Notes under the pieces: model-generated
What the model was told of the DNA's origin: nothing
Seen by the model: only the letters and a program-made list of their open reading frames with translations
Database searches by the model: none
Source of the DNA: Actinomycetes bacterium
GTDB lineage: Bacteria > Actinomycetota > Acidimicrobiia > Acidimicrobiales > RAAP-2
DNA: 64,000 bases
Direction of reading: 5' to 3'
Assembly: GCA_021798955.1 (NCBI GenBank)
Contig: JAJZBK010000002.1
Coordinates: 15,650-79,649, forward strand
Program-made: the position numbers and the translations under genes
Part shown: positions 37,024 through 45,956 of the stretch, one piece after another
Layout of the letters: each line of letters begins with the position of its first letter
How positions within the stretch are numbered: the stretch's first letter is position 1

Positions 37024-38238
37024 TCACGGATCGACCAGGTAGAGCATGCCGTTGGGGTCGGAGGCGGCCAGCACGCCGGTGGCGAACCGCCGGCCCGCCG
37101 GCGCCCCCGGCCCCGGCGGGAACCCAGATAGGGCCAGTGCAGGCGACCATGCCGACACCATGGCGTGGTCGAGGAGCTCCCACATGACGTCGATGGGCTC
37201 GCCGGTGTCGGGGTCGGCCGGCAGCACGTGCATGTTGGGGACCGGGATGCCCGCCGGCTCGTCCAGGAACCAGCTCGGGTGGGCGGCGATGACGGGGCCG
37301 ATCTCCCCCATGCCGAAGAGCGTCAGCGCCCCACCCCCGGCGGCGGCGCCCACGCTGCGCCGCTCGTCCGGGTCGAACGGGCCGTCCACCGTGGCCACCA
37401 GCCACCGCCCCGGCACACCCTGGCTGCGGCGGCGACGCCCGCCACCGCCCGACCACGTTCGCCCGGCGTCCTCCAACGAGGCGGTGATCCACCCGGGCTG
37501 GTAGCGCTCGGTGGCCTCCACCGCACCGTCCCCAGCGACCGCCGCCACCACCGGGCACCCCGCCGCCAACGCACCCACGACCACGGCCAGGCCGTCCCAC
37601 GAGCACGGCGACTGCAGGACCAGCCACGCCGAACCCGGCTCCGGCTCGAAGAACGACGGGACGACCAGCGCGCCGGCCAGCAGCGACCGCTGCGAGTGCC
37701 ACACCGGCCCGGACGACCCGGACAGGCACACGCGCTCGTCTCTCAGGGAACCGGCCCCCGCTGCCGGCGTCTCATCCAGAGCCGTCGGCGGCTCGTCACC
37801 CACCTCGAGCACGGCCACGCCCGCGGCGGAAAGCAGGTCGGCACCCTCGGCGTCGCACAACCCGAAATCGGGCCGGGCTGCCTCAAGCACGGCCCGGGCG
37901 CGGTCGTCGTCGGCTGCGGCCAGGGCGACCCGTCGACCCGACGCCAGGGCACCGAGCACGGCCACGACCCCGGCAGCCCCGGGCCCGGCCGCCACCGCCA
38001 CCGCACCCTCGGGGCTCACCACGTCACGCACGGCCGACGCGGTGGCCGCCACCCGAGCGGCCAGCTCGGAGGCGGTCAGGTCGGCACCGTCGTCACCCGA
38101 CAGAGCGGCGTCCTGCGGACGTCGACGGGCCGGCCCGTCCACGGCCAGCGCGGCGACCGGCACGGGGGGCACCCCGAACACGCGGGGCACGGTGTCTGGC
38201 CAGTACCACGACGGTGTGGTGGCGATGGTCTTCGGCAT
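37024..38238 (-). CDS. Degenerate adenylate-forming (ANL/acyl-CoA-synthetase-like) N-domain protein
   Basis: 404 aa from the ATG at 38238 (TGATG overlap with the upstream stop). LSGSSGPVWHSQRSLL resembles the (T/S)SG(T/S)TGxPKG P-loop but lacks the Lys. No C-terminal ANL subdomain is present. Confidence 0.5.
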   Translation of the reverse strand: MPKTIATTPSWYWPDTVPRVFGVPPVPVAALAVDGPARRRPQDAALSGDDGADLTASELAARVAATASAVRDVVSPEGAVAVAAGPGAAGVVAVLGALASGRRVALAAADDDRARAVLEAARPDFGLCDAEGADLLSAAGVAVLEVGDEPPTALDETPAAGAGSLRDERVCLSGSSGPVWHSQRSLLAGALVVPSFFEPEPGSAWLVLQSPCSWDGLAVVVGALAAGCPVVAAVAGDGAVEATERYQPGWITASLEDAGRTWSGGGGRRRRSQGVPGRWLVATVDGPFDPDERRSVGAAAGGGALTLFGMGEIGPVIAAHPSWFLDEPAGIPVPNMHVLPADPDTGEPIDVMWELLDHAMVSAWSPALALSGFPPGPGAPAGRRFATGVLAASDPNGMLYLVDP

Positions 38239-38723
38239 CAGAGCGAGGCTCCCGGGCCGGATCCGTGCGGCCACGCGGCCACCAGCGCCCCCACCAGCGC
38301 CACACCCAGCTCGATCCGCAGGAGCACGTCCATCACCCGGATCGACCGCATCCGGCGTCGCTTCAGCTCGGCCCGGTCCTCACCGGGTTCGATGCGGGCG
38401 TGCGACCGGGGATGGACGAGGAGGCCCATGACCGTCACCAACGACGCCAGCACCACCCAGGCGGCCCCGAGGGCGAGCCACCGGGCCACGGACAACCGAC
38501 CGGGACCGCCGGTGGCCTGCCACGCCACGCATGTGGCGGCGATGGCGACCAGCGAGGCGATGGCCAGCCACCGGTAGCGGCGCCCCATGACGTTGCACAG
38601 GACGCCCGTCTGGCCGGGGGGGACGTAACGTTGCAGCGGGCGCCAGACCAGCTCCATGAACAGGGCACCGCCCACGTACACGGCCCACTCGATGGTGAAC
38701 ACGTAGCCGAGCGCGGTGTGCAT
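38238..38723 (-). CDS. 4-TM membrane protein, paralogue B
   Basis: 161 aa. It shares the AVYVGG..(F/A)ME(L/F)V...Q R(Y/F)VPP.Q..VL block with the upstream paralogue. It has 1-nt overlaps (TGATG) at both ends. Confidence 0.6.
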   Translation of the reverse strand: MHTALGYVFTIEWAVYVGGALFMELVWRPLQRYVPPGQTGVLCNVMGRRYRWLAIASLVAIAATCVAWQATGGPGRLSVARWLALGAAWVVLASLVTVMGLLVHPRSHARIEPGEDRAELKRRRMRSIRVMDVLLRIELGVALVGALVAAWPHGSGPGASL

Positions 38724-39256
38724 CAGAGGATCCCGTTCCCGTAGGCGAGGGAGGCGCCCAGCAGGACCACGACCAGGGCGATGACGAGGTCGGCCCGGGT
38801 CAGCCAGGACACCCGGCGGGCAGCCACCTGCATGGCCTCGACCTGCTCGCCCACCCGAGCACCACCGCCTCGTCCACTGGCCTTGGCCGCCAGGCGGGGC
38901 CGGTACACGAAGGTGATGACCGAGCCGTTCACCACCAGCACGGCCCACAGGACCATCATGGCCAGCAGGGTGCGCCCCGAGCCGGTAGTGAAGATGTCGC
39001 CGCTCGACACCAGGTTCTGGTCCGACAGGGAGAAGAAGAGCAGCATGCCGCTGACGGGCAGCAGGGCGAGCGAGGACCACACCAGGACCAGGAACCGGTC
39101 GGCCGACTTCTGGGCCAGCACCTGGGCCTGGGCCGGGGGGACGAAGCGCTGTGCCGGACCGAGGACGAACTCCATGGCCACCGACCCGCCGACGTAGACG
39201 GCCACCGCAAGGAGGTGGAGGTAGGAGGCGAGAACCTGGACCCACGTGGCCGTCAT
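38723..39256 (-). CDS. 4-TM membrane protein, paralogue A
   Basis: 177 aa with four hydrophobic segments. It has an ATGA overlap with the upstream gene. Confidence 0.6.
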   Translation of the reverse strand: MTATWVQVLASYLHLLAVAVYVGGSVAMEFVLGPAQRFVPPAQAQVLAQKSADRFLVLVWSSLALLPVSGMLLFFSLSDQNLVSSGDIFTTGSGRTLLAMMVLWAVLVVNGSVITFVYRPRLAAKASGRGGGARVGEQVEAMQVAARRVSWLTRADLVIALVVVLLGASLAYGNGIL

Positions 39257-40728
39257 GCGTGCCTCTCCCCTCCGGTGGCGGCTCCGGGATCGGGCTGCCC
39301 CGCGTGCCAGGTGGCGAAGTGGTCCTCGATGGCGGGAGTGAGGCCGTCGGCACCGCCGTCGGGGATGAAGTACCGATGGTAGAAGCCGGTGTCGACGTGG
39401 TGGACCTGGACGGAGAGCTTGGCCCGCACCGGGTTGACGTACGCGGGGCAGCACCCGTGCTTGGCCACGATGTGCTCGACGGTGGCGATGGCCGCCTCCT
39501 CGGCCCAGTCAGAGAGGTGGGCACGGGGGTGGGCGCGCACCTCGTCTGCCACCTCCGGACGCCACGGGTCTGGGGCGCCGTCGAGGGCGCCGCCGGGTCC
39601 CTCACGCAGCGACCGGACGTAGCGCACGGCAGAAGCCGCGTCGGGGAAGCGGGGGGAGGGCACCATGACCGGCTCGAACACACCGGCCAGCCCCTGGCAC
39701 GTGGAGGTCTTCGCCGGGTTGGTGGCAGGGTCGCGCTCGAGGAACGAGAAGCCCAGCCCGGGCGAGATCTCCGGATAGGCACCGAGGAGGAAGTCGTCGG
39801 CGTACGACCCCGTGGCCCACGCCCCAAGCCCGAGCGCTTCGCACGCCAGGCGGATGTTCTGGACCATGCAGCCGACCTGGCCGGTGTGGAGGAGGAGGGC
39901 CAGCTCGTCGAAGGCGGGGATGGGGAAGCCCACCTCGAGGAAGCCGGGCCGGATCCACTCCTCGCACCCGGCGGGGTCGCCGGTGTCGGGGTCCTGGAGG
40001 TAGAAGCCGGACCACTCGTAGGAGACGAGGAGCTGGTTGAACCACTCGAGGCCCACGTCGCCCACGGGCACCAGCCACGTGCTCCCCGGCCGGTTCAGGT
40101 TGTACTGGCCCGCCCCCATCGGCCGGACGTTGTGGGTGGCCTCGGGGGCTCCCGGCCAGGCCACGTCGGGGCGGTGGTCGAGGACCTGGACCCGCCCGGC
40201 CCGGTACCACTCGAGGATCCTGCCGTAGTCCTCGGGGCCCCGGATCTCGACGGGTCGGGGCGGATCGGGCTCCGGCCGGTAGGCCCACACGCCGCTGTCG
40301 TCGATGACGAACAGGTCGACGCCGAGGTCACCGGAGGACGACGGGACCGTCCGCCCCCGGCGGTGGAGCATGCCGGCCAGGGCGCCCTGCACGGGGATGT
40401 CGGCCAGGGCCATGCCGTTGGGACCAGCGGCGACCCAGCACAGCAGGGCGGCCTCCGTCTCGGACAGCGGGACGGGCGATGCCGCGGACGCGTAGGCGAA
40501 GGGCCCCTCGGGCTGGGTGGCGGTGCGGTCTCCCGACCAGGAGAACGCCTCCTCCTCCCCCGTCTCCGCCCGGTAGCCGAGGCCCATGCGGCGGGTGCGG
40601 ACGGTGGCGAGCAGTTGGAACAGCGTTGGGGTCGAGGTGAAGGCGGCCGCCACCTCCGAGGGATCGCCCGCTCCGGTCGGTGCCGGCCCGCTGCCGGCGT
40701 CGTCGCCGGCCCGTCGCGAGAAGATCAT
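39253..40728 (-). CDS. Nitroreductase-superfamily (SagB/ThcOx-like) protein
   Basis: 491 aa. VRTRRMG resembles the RRSxR FMN motif, VPSSSGDLGVDLFVIDDSGVWAYRPE resembles SagB PSAGxxYPxExY, and VQNIRLACEALGLGAW is the nitroreductase QN..LAA.ALGLG motif. It has an ATGA overlap with the alpha-2 stop. Confidence 0.6.
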   Translation of the reverse strand: MIFSRRAGDDAGSGPAPTGAGDPSEVAAAFTSTPTLFQLLATVRTRRMGLGYRAETGEEEAFSWSGDRTATQPEGPFAYASAASPVPLSETEAALLCWVAAGPNGMALADIPVQGALAGMLHRRGRTVPSSSGDLGVDLFVIDDSGVWAYRPEPDPPRPVEIRGPEDYGRILEWYRAGRVQVLDHRPDVAWPGAPEATHNVRPMGAGQYNLNRPGSTWLVPVGDVGLEWFNQLLVSYEWSGFYLQDPDTGDPAGCEEWIRPGFLEVGFPIPAFDELALLLHTGQVGCMVQNIRLACEALGLGAWATGSYADDFLLGAYPEISPGLGFSFLERDPATNPAKTSTCQGLAGVFEPVMVPSPRFPDAASAVRYVRSLREGPGGALDGAPDPWRPEVADEVRAHPRAHLSDWAEEAAIATVEHIVAKHGCCPAYVNPVRAKLSVQVHHVDTGFYHRYFIPDGGADGLTPAIEDHFATWHAGQPDPGAATGGERHA

Positions 40729-43541
40729 CGGTCGACTCCTCCTCCCGCCGGGACTGCGGCGACCTCGACGAACACCGCCCGGTCGGCGGGGACCGGCTGC
40801 CACCCGAACGGTAGGTAGCGCAGGTGGCCGTACTTGCCCACCAGGTGCAGCCACTTGACCATGCCCGGCTCGACCTCGTTCGCGCCCTCCCACCGGCGGA
40901 ACATGTGCGGCTCGAAGCCGTTGTAGACGATGACCTGCCCGGGCCGCACCCGCCCGGTGACCCGCACCATGGCCTCGAAGGCGCCGTGGTCGTTGGACAC
41001 CCGCACCTTCTCGCCCTCTGCCACGCCGCGGGCGGCGGCGTCCTCCTCGCTCATCACCACCAGAGGGCGTCCCCGGTGGGTGCCGAGCAGGTGGCGGTTG
41101 CCCATCCCGATCGAGTGGACCGTCCAGCGCGAGTGGCCGCTGGTGAGGACGAGGGGGTACTCGCCCCCCATGCGGGGCGGCTCCTTGTGGGTGGGGAGCT
41201 GCTCCCCCGCCTCGAGGAACCACGGGTGGTCGATGTAGAACTGGGCCCGCCGGGTCAGCGTCGGGTAGGGCAGGTGCTGTTCGACGTGCCAGCGGAACGC
41301 CGTCATCACCTCGTCGTCACGCACGTCGGCCGCCACCGACAGACCCGGCGCGAAGGTGCCGAGCCCGGTGAAGCGGATGCTCCCGTCGCGGCGCAGGCGC
41401 TCGACCGAGCTACCCGGCGGCAAGGTGCCGGCGTCGGCCGAGTCGCGCACCCACTCGTCGAGGACCATCTCCTCACCCGACAGCTGGCCCCCGAGGTCGA
41501 AGTCCTCCCCCAGCCGGGCGGCGTGGCGGGTCTGGCGGCGGGCGTCGTCGTACTCGTCGAGCCCGACAGCGACGGCCCGCTCGGCGATGGTCCGGGCGAG
41601 CGCGGAGAAGATCTCCCACTCGGTGCGGGCCTCGCCCCGCGGTGGGGTGGCCGCGTCGGAGAAGGCCAGCCGCAGCATGTGGGTGATGGGGTACTGGACG
41701 TTGACCCGCTCGTACTGCATGGCCGCCGGGAGCACCAGGTCGGCCTGGAGGGCGGTGGCCGACATGCGGAAGTCGACCACCACCACCTTGTCGAGCTTCG
41801 GCCACAGGGTGTCGACCAGTTTCGCCCGCCCGCCCCGGGCACGGCGCATGGGGTTCGTCCCCACGGTGAAGAGCACCCGCGGGGGGGTCGACGCCCCCGG
41901 CCGAGCCACCCCGCCCCACCAGCCACGACGGAGGGCGTCCCGCAGGTAGTCGCCGAACGGCTTGGTCATGGTCGGATCCGACCACTCCGGCCGGTTCCAC
42001 GTCTCGTCGTAGCCGGCATGGTGGTAGTTGAAGAACACGGGCGGCGCCGCGGTCCCGGAGCTGGTGGCCAGGGCGAGCAGCTGGTTCCCGAGCATTTCGT
42101 CGGTGGCGTCGGGATCGCGCTTGCGCATCTGGGCCATGGCCTGGTCGATGCCGTCGAGCACCCGGGCCGTCTCCTCCACGCCCGGGCGCGTCTTCATCGA
42201 GAACAGCAGGTAGCCGTCCAACCCGGCCAGGGCCAGGCCCTGGATCCCGGTGCCGGGTCGGCCCCAGTTGCCGGTGAGGGCCAGCACCAGGCACATGGAG
42301 CGCTCCATCAAATCGCCGTGAAAGTACTTCGGCCCGTTGAAGCCCTCGAGGATCTTGACCCGCCGCCCGGCGACCAGGTGGGCCAGCCGGCGGATCGTGG
42401 ATGCGGGCACGCCGCAGATGGCGGCGGCGTCCTCCGGCGCGTAGACGCCCAGGTGGCGGCGGAGCAGGTCGAGGACGGTGACCACCTCCACCTCGGTGCC
42501 GTCGGCCAGCGTGACGGTGAAGGGGCCCTCGAGCACCGGGTCGAGCGTGCCCAAGTCGAGCGTGCCCCTGGGGGCGGCGGTCAGGCCGCCGGCCCGGTCC
42601 CACAGGTGGAAGGTCTCCTCGTCGCCGCCCGCCCGGAGGTCTCGCTGGCGCAGGTAGCGGCCGGTGTCGCTCCGCACCAGCAGCGGCAGGTCGGTCTGGG
42701 TGAGGACGAACTGGCGGTCCCACAAGTCCTCGTCGAGCACCACCCGGCACATGGCGAGGGCGAGGGCGGCGTCGGTGCCGGGCCGGACGGGGACGTAGAG
42801 GTCGGAGCCGACGGCCGATGCGTTGTAGTCGGGGGCGATGGCCACCACCTGGGCGCCCCGGTAGCGGGCCTCGGAGATGAAGTGGTGGTACGGGATCGAC
42901 GTGTAGGCCGGGTTCGAGTGCCACAGCAGGAGCACGTCGGCGAGGAAGGTGTCGTCCACCGTGCTGGCACAGGAGAACTTGCCGAAGGTCAGGTGCTGGC
43001 CGGTGGGGAGGTCGTTGACCAGCCCGTTGGCGTCGAGGGTGACGGCGCCGAGGAGGGCGGCCAGGCGGAGGAACGGCGCCTGGGCCAGCAGGCCGCCCTC
43101 CACGCTCTCCTCGAACACCACCGCTTCTGGGCCGTCCTCGTCGAGGACGGCAACGACCGCCTCGGCCACCTCGGCCAGCGCCTCCTCCCAGGTGATCTGC
43201 TCCCACTTCCCGCTACCCCGCTCCCCCACCCGGCGCAGTGGGTGGAGGACGCGGTCCTCGCTCGACAGCTGGGCGCTCCACGCCCCGCCTTTCTGGCAGC
43301 CGAGCGGGTTCATGTCGGGCACGCCGGACGCCACCGGGTCGATGGTGCCGGCCTGTTCCTCGAACGCCACCTCGCCGTCCCGGCTGAACACCCGGTACGG
43401 GCAGCCAGCCAGGCAGTTCAGGCAGTGGGTGCCCCAGGTGACGCGCTCCCACGTCCACCGGGACCGGTAGTCGTCCGCGGTGGCTCCCGTTCCCGGCCGG
43501 TCGCCCGCGCTCGCCGGGGGTGCGGCGTCGCCCTCACCCAC
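40725..43541 (-). CDS. Type-II DMSO-reductase-family molybdopterin oxidoreductase, orphan alpha paralogue 2
   Basis: The in-frame GTG at 43541 overlaps the chaperone gene by 8 nt, giving 938 aa. Motifs are WGTHCLNCLAGCPYRV, NPLGCQKG and LVNDLPTGQH. There is no Tat signal. The 1437-aa ORF in the track is a read-through artefact. Confidence 0.85.
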   Translation of the reverse strand: MGEGDAAPPASAGDRPGTGATADDYRSRWTWERVTWGTHCLNCLAGCPYRVFSRDGEVAFEEQAGTIDPVASGVPDMNPLGCQKGGAWSAQLSSEDRVLHPLRRVGERGSGKWEQITWEEALAEVAEAVVAVLDEDGPEAVVFEESVEGGLLAQAPFLRLAALLGAVTLDANGLVNDLPTGQHLTFGKFSCASTVDDTFLADVLLLWHSNPAYTSIPYHHFISEARYRGAQVVAIAPDYNASAVGSDLYVPVRPGTDAALALAMCRVVLDEDLWDRQFVLTQTDLPLLVRSDTGRYLRQRDLRAGGDEETFHLWDRAGGLTAAPRGTLDLGTLDPVLEGPFTVTLADGTEVEVVTVLDLLRRHLGVYAPEDAAAICGVPASTIRRLAHLVAGRRVKILEGFNGPKYFHGDLMERSMCLVLALTGNWGRPGTGIQGLALAGLDGYLLFSMKTRPGVEETARVLDGIDQAMAQMRKRDPDATDEMLGNQLLALATSSGTAAPPVFFNYHHAGYDETWNRPEWSDPTMTKPFGDYLRDALRRGWWGGVARPGASTPPRVLFTVGTNPMRRARGGRAKLVDTLWPKLDKVVVVDFRMSATALQADLVLPAAMQYERVNVQYPITHMLRLAFSDAATPPRGEARTEWEIFSALARTIAERAVAVGLDEYDDARRQTRHAARLGEDFDLGGQLSGEEMVLDEWVRDSADAGTLPPGSSVERLRRDGSIRFTGLGTFAPGLSVAADVRDDEVMTAFRWHVEQHLPYPTLTRRAQFYIDHPWFLEAGEQLPTHKEPPRMGGEYPLVLTSGHSRWTVHSIGMGNRHLLGTHRGRPLVVMSEEDAAARGVAEGEKVRVSNDHGAFEAMVRVTGRVRPGQVIVYNGFEPHMFRRWEGANEVEPGMVKWLHLVGKYGHLRYLPFGWQPVPADRAVFVEVAAVPAGGGVDR

Positions 43542-44193
43542 CGAGCCGCTCGGCCACGTAGGCGCGGTCGGCCGACACGAACGCGGCCAGCTGGTCCAGC
43601 GTCCACCCCACCAGCGGCCCGGCACCGCGTCCGGCCGACGCCACCAGGCCAGGGACCCAGTCGAGCACGTGGGCGTCGAGGAAGTCCCGCTGGGCCCGGC
43701 GGAACGAGGTGGCCAGGCGGGGCGACGGCGTGGCCGCCTCGCGGAAGCACAGGTACTGGAGGAAGTCGAGCTCGGTGGCCAGGTGGTCGGCCGGGCGGGG
43801 TGCGGCGTCCGATGCAGCCAAGCCGAAGTACTCGTACTCCCGCCGCACGGCGGCGATCTCCGCCTCCCGGTCGGCCCGGCCGCCCCCGCCCAGGAGGGCG
43901 CCGCCGCCGAGGACCCGCTCGTGGTCAGCGGCGAACGATGCCGCGTCGGCGCCGGCGGGGACCTCCACCGGCCCGATGGCGAAGCCGAACGGCAGCAGCG
44001 ACGCCGCTTCGGTGAGGCCCGCCACCCACTTGCCCTCGGCCGCCTGGTCGAAGAGATCTGCCGGTGCGGTGGCGAACCAGCCGCCGAAGAACTGGTACAC
44101 GGCGCTGCGGGCCGTGGTCTCGTTCTCCTCCACCTCGATGGGGCCGGCCTCGGCCGCGCTGAGCTCGAGCCCCTGGAGCGAGTAGGTGAACAT
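43534..44193 (-). CDS. TorD/NarJ/EbdD-like redox-enzyme maturation chaperone (delta)
   Basis: 219 aa. The EYEYFG...DHLATELDFLQYL block is typical of TorD-family chaperones. Confidence 0.8.
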   Translation of the reverse strand: MFTYSLQGLELSAAEAGPIEVEENETTARSAVYQFFGGWFATAPADLFDQAAEGKWVAGLTEAASLLPFGFAIGPVEVPAGADAASFAADHERVLGGGALLGGGGRADREAEIAAVRREYEYFGLAASDAAPRPADHLATELDFLQYLCFREAATPSPRLATSFRRAQRDFLDAHVLDWVPGLVASAGRGAGPLVGWTLDQLAAFVSADRAYVAERLGG

Positions 44194-44197
44194 GGCG

Positions 44198-45301
44198 TCA
44201 CTCCCCTTCCGTCGCTCCGGCCCTGGTCCGACCCAGCTGCACGGCCACCCGTTCCGGTGACCGATCGAGGCCGGCCGGATCGACCGTGTACGGGCCGAAC
44301 AGGTCGTGCCACCGGTAGACGATCAGCGTGTCGAGCAGTTCCGAGGTGCCGCCCGACCGTACCGTCGCCATCTCGTCCCGAAGGGTGTCGAGCGCAGCGT
44401 GGACGCGGGGTCCGAACAGCGACTCGAGGTACTCGGGCGGGATCCGCGGCGTCTCCTCGTCGACGGAGAAGTCGTCGTGCAGTCGGTAGGGCGAGAGGGG
44501 CGGCACATAGAAGATGTTCGGGCCCGTCCCGTACTCCTCGTGGAGAGGCAGCGCCACCTTCCACTCGTGCACCAGCCGGTGGATGGGGCCAGCCGGATCG
44601 GCGGCGTCGCCCACGAACACCAGACGCCCCGGGCACTGGCGGGCACAGGCGGGGGCCACTCCCTCCTCCAGCCGGGGGAAGCAGGCGATGCAGTGCTGGC
44701 TGACGCCCCGGACGTAGTTGAAGGAGATCTTCTTGTAGGGACAGGCCTCCATGCAGAAGCGTGCGCCCTGGCAGACGCTCTCGTCCCGGAGCACGATCCC
44801 GTCCTCGTGGCGCTTGTACATGGCGCCCGACGGGCAGGCCGACACGCACACCGGACGAGTGCAGTGGTTGCACAGCCGGGGCAGGTAGAAGTAGTAGGAG
44901 TTCGGGTAGGTCCCGCCCCCCTGGTCCTCGTCCCAGTTCATCCCCCACCGGGTGGTGCCGTCCCCCCGGTCGACGGGCTGGAGGTGGGCGTCGCGGCCCC
45001 GGCCGCCGAAGAGCACCTCCTGGTAGTTGAAGTCCCACCCGCCGCCGAACTCGGCACGGGTCGGCTGGTGGCCGGGCACGGGGGTGTCGTCACGCCACCC
45101 ACCCCCCATGTCCTCCCACGCCTTCGGGGTGCCGAGGCCGGGCTGGGTGTTCACGCTCATCCACCACTGGTGCTCCTCCCCCTCCTCGCGGGTCCACAGC
45201 ACCTTGCAGGCCACCGAGCACGTCTGGCAGCCCATGCACTTGTTGAGGTCGAAGACCATGGCCAGCTGGCCGGCCGCCCCCTGCTGCGTCATCGTCTGCA
45301 C
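44198..45301 (-). CDS. Type-II DMSO-reductase-family Fe-S beta subunit (EbdB/NarH-like)
   Basis: 367 aa with four cluster motifs: CMGCQTCSVAC, CNHCTRPVCVSACP, CQGARFCMEACPYKK (3Fe-4S type) and CIACFPRLEEG...CARQCPGR. Confidence 0.9.
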   Translation of the reverse strand: MQTMTQQGAAGQLAMVFDLNKCMGCQTCSVACKVLWTREEGEEHQWWMSVNTQPGLGTPKAWEDMGGGWRDDTPVPGHQPTRAEFGGGWDFNYQEVLFGGRGRDAHLQPVDRGDGTTRWGMNWDEDQGGGTYPNSYYFYLPRLCNHCTRPVCVSACPSGAMYKRHEDGIVLRDESVCQGARFCMEACPYKKISFNYVRGVSQHCIACFPRLEEGVAPACARQCPGRLVFVGDAADPAGPIHRLVHEWKVALPLHEEYGTGPNIFYVPPLSPYRLHDDFSVDEETPRIPPEYLESLFGPRVHAALDTLRDEMATVRSGGTSELLDTLIVYRWHDLFGPYTVDPAGLDRSPERVAVQLGRTRAGATEGE

Positions 45302-45335
45302 CGTCCTTCGTCCGCGACCGAGCCGCTCCCGTGCC

Positions 45336-45956
45336 TCATGCCTGCACCGCCGACCACTCGCTGCTCACCGCTCCGATGCCCGCCCGCTCCTCGTTGGCAC
45401 CGTTCCACACGGCCACCGCCACCCGGCCGCGGTCGCCCAACGCCGAGCGGGGCCCGGTCAGCACCACCGACCATCGGATGCCGTCCACCGACGACGCCGC
45501 GTCGAGGCTGGCGCCGTCGGGAGCGGGGCGGAACATGCCCGGGCCGGTGGAGACCAGGTGGCGGACGGCGGGCATGCCCTTCTGGATGGGGAGCCGGTCA
45601 CGCCACTGCCACACCAGGACGGGCGACGTGTGGTCGCCCATGGTCACCGGATCGGCCGGCCCATCCCCCTGAGGGAAGAGGACGGCACAGGCGTCGGGGA
45701 ACTCCCCCGCGATGGGCCCCGAACCGTCCCACTCCAGACGCATCAGCAGGCGGTCGCCGTGAGTGGCCACCGAGACGGAGGCCGACGGCGTGGCGCCGTA
45801 GGGGCGGTCGCGCCAGGCCGCCCGGACGTAGGCGTTCCGCTGGGCGTCGACGGGCACCGGGACGAGAGGCACCGTCACCGGTGGGGCCGCGGCCCACGCC
45901 GGGTCGTCCGGTGCCAGTGCCTCGGCGCCCAGCTCCAGCGCGGTCAGGTCGGTCAC
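45336..45956 (-). CDS. EB_dh-like gamma subunit (putative heme-b subunit), no signal peptide
   Basis: 206 aa. Size and blocks (LLMRLEWD, VAVAVWNGANEERAG..SSEW) resemble EbdC/SerC/DdhC. GTGA overlap with the alpha-1 stop. Confidence 0.7.
   Translation of the reverse strand: MTDLTALELGAEALAPDDPAWAAAPPVTVPLVPVPVDAQRNAYVRAAWRDRPYGATPSASVSVATHGDRLLMRLEWDGSGPIAGEFPDACAVLFPQGDGPADPVTMGDHTSPVLVWQWRDRLPIQKGMPAVRHLVSTGPGMFRPAPDGASLDAASSVDGIRWSVVLTGPRSALGDRGRVAVAVWNGANEERAGIGAVSSEWSAVQA

Noticed and set aside
40725-45038. A 1437-aa ORF in the track that would fuse alpha-2 with a long N-terminal region
   Set aside because: The N-terminal 499 codons are Arg/Pro/Gly-rich and run out of frame across the well-supported beta and delta genes on the same strand. 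The recognisable molybdoenzyme sequence starts near the in-frame GTG at 43541. It is a high-GC read-through artefact.
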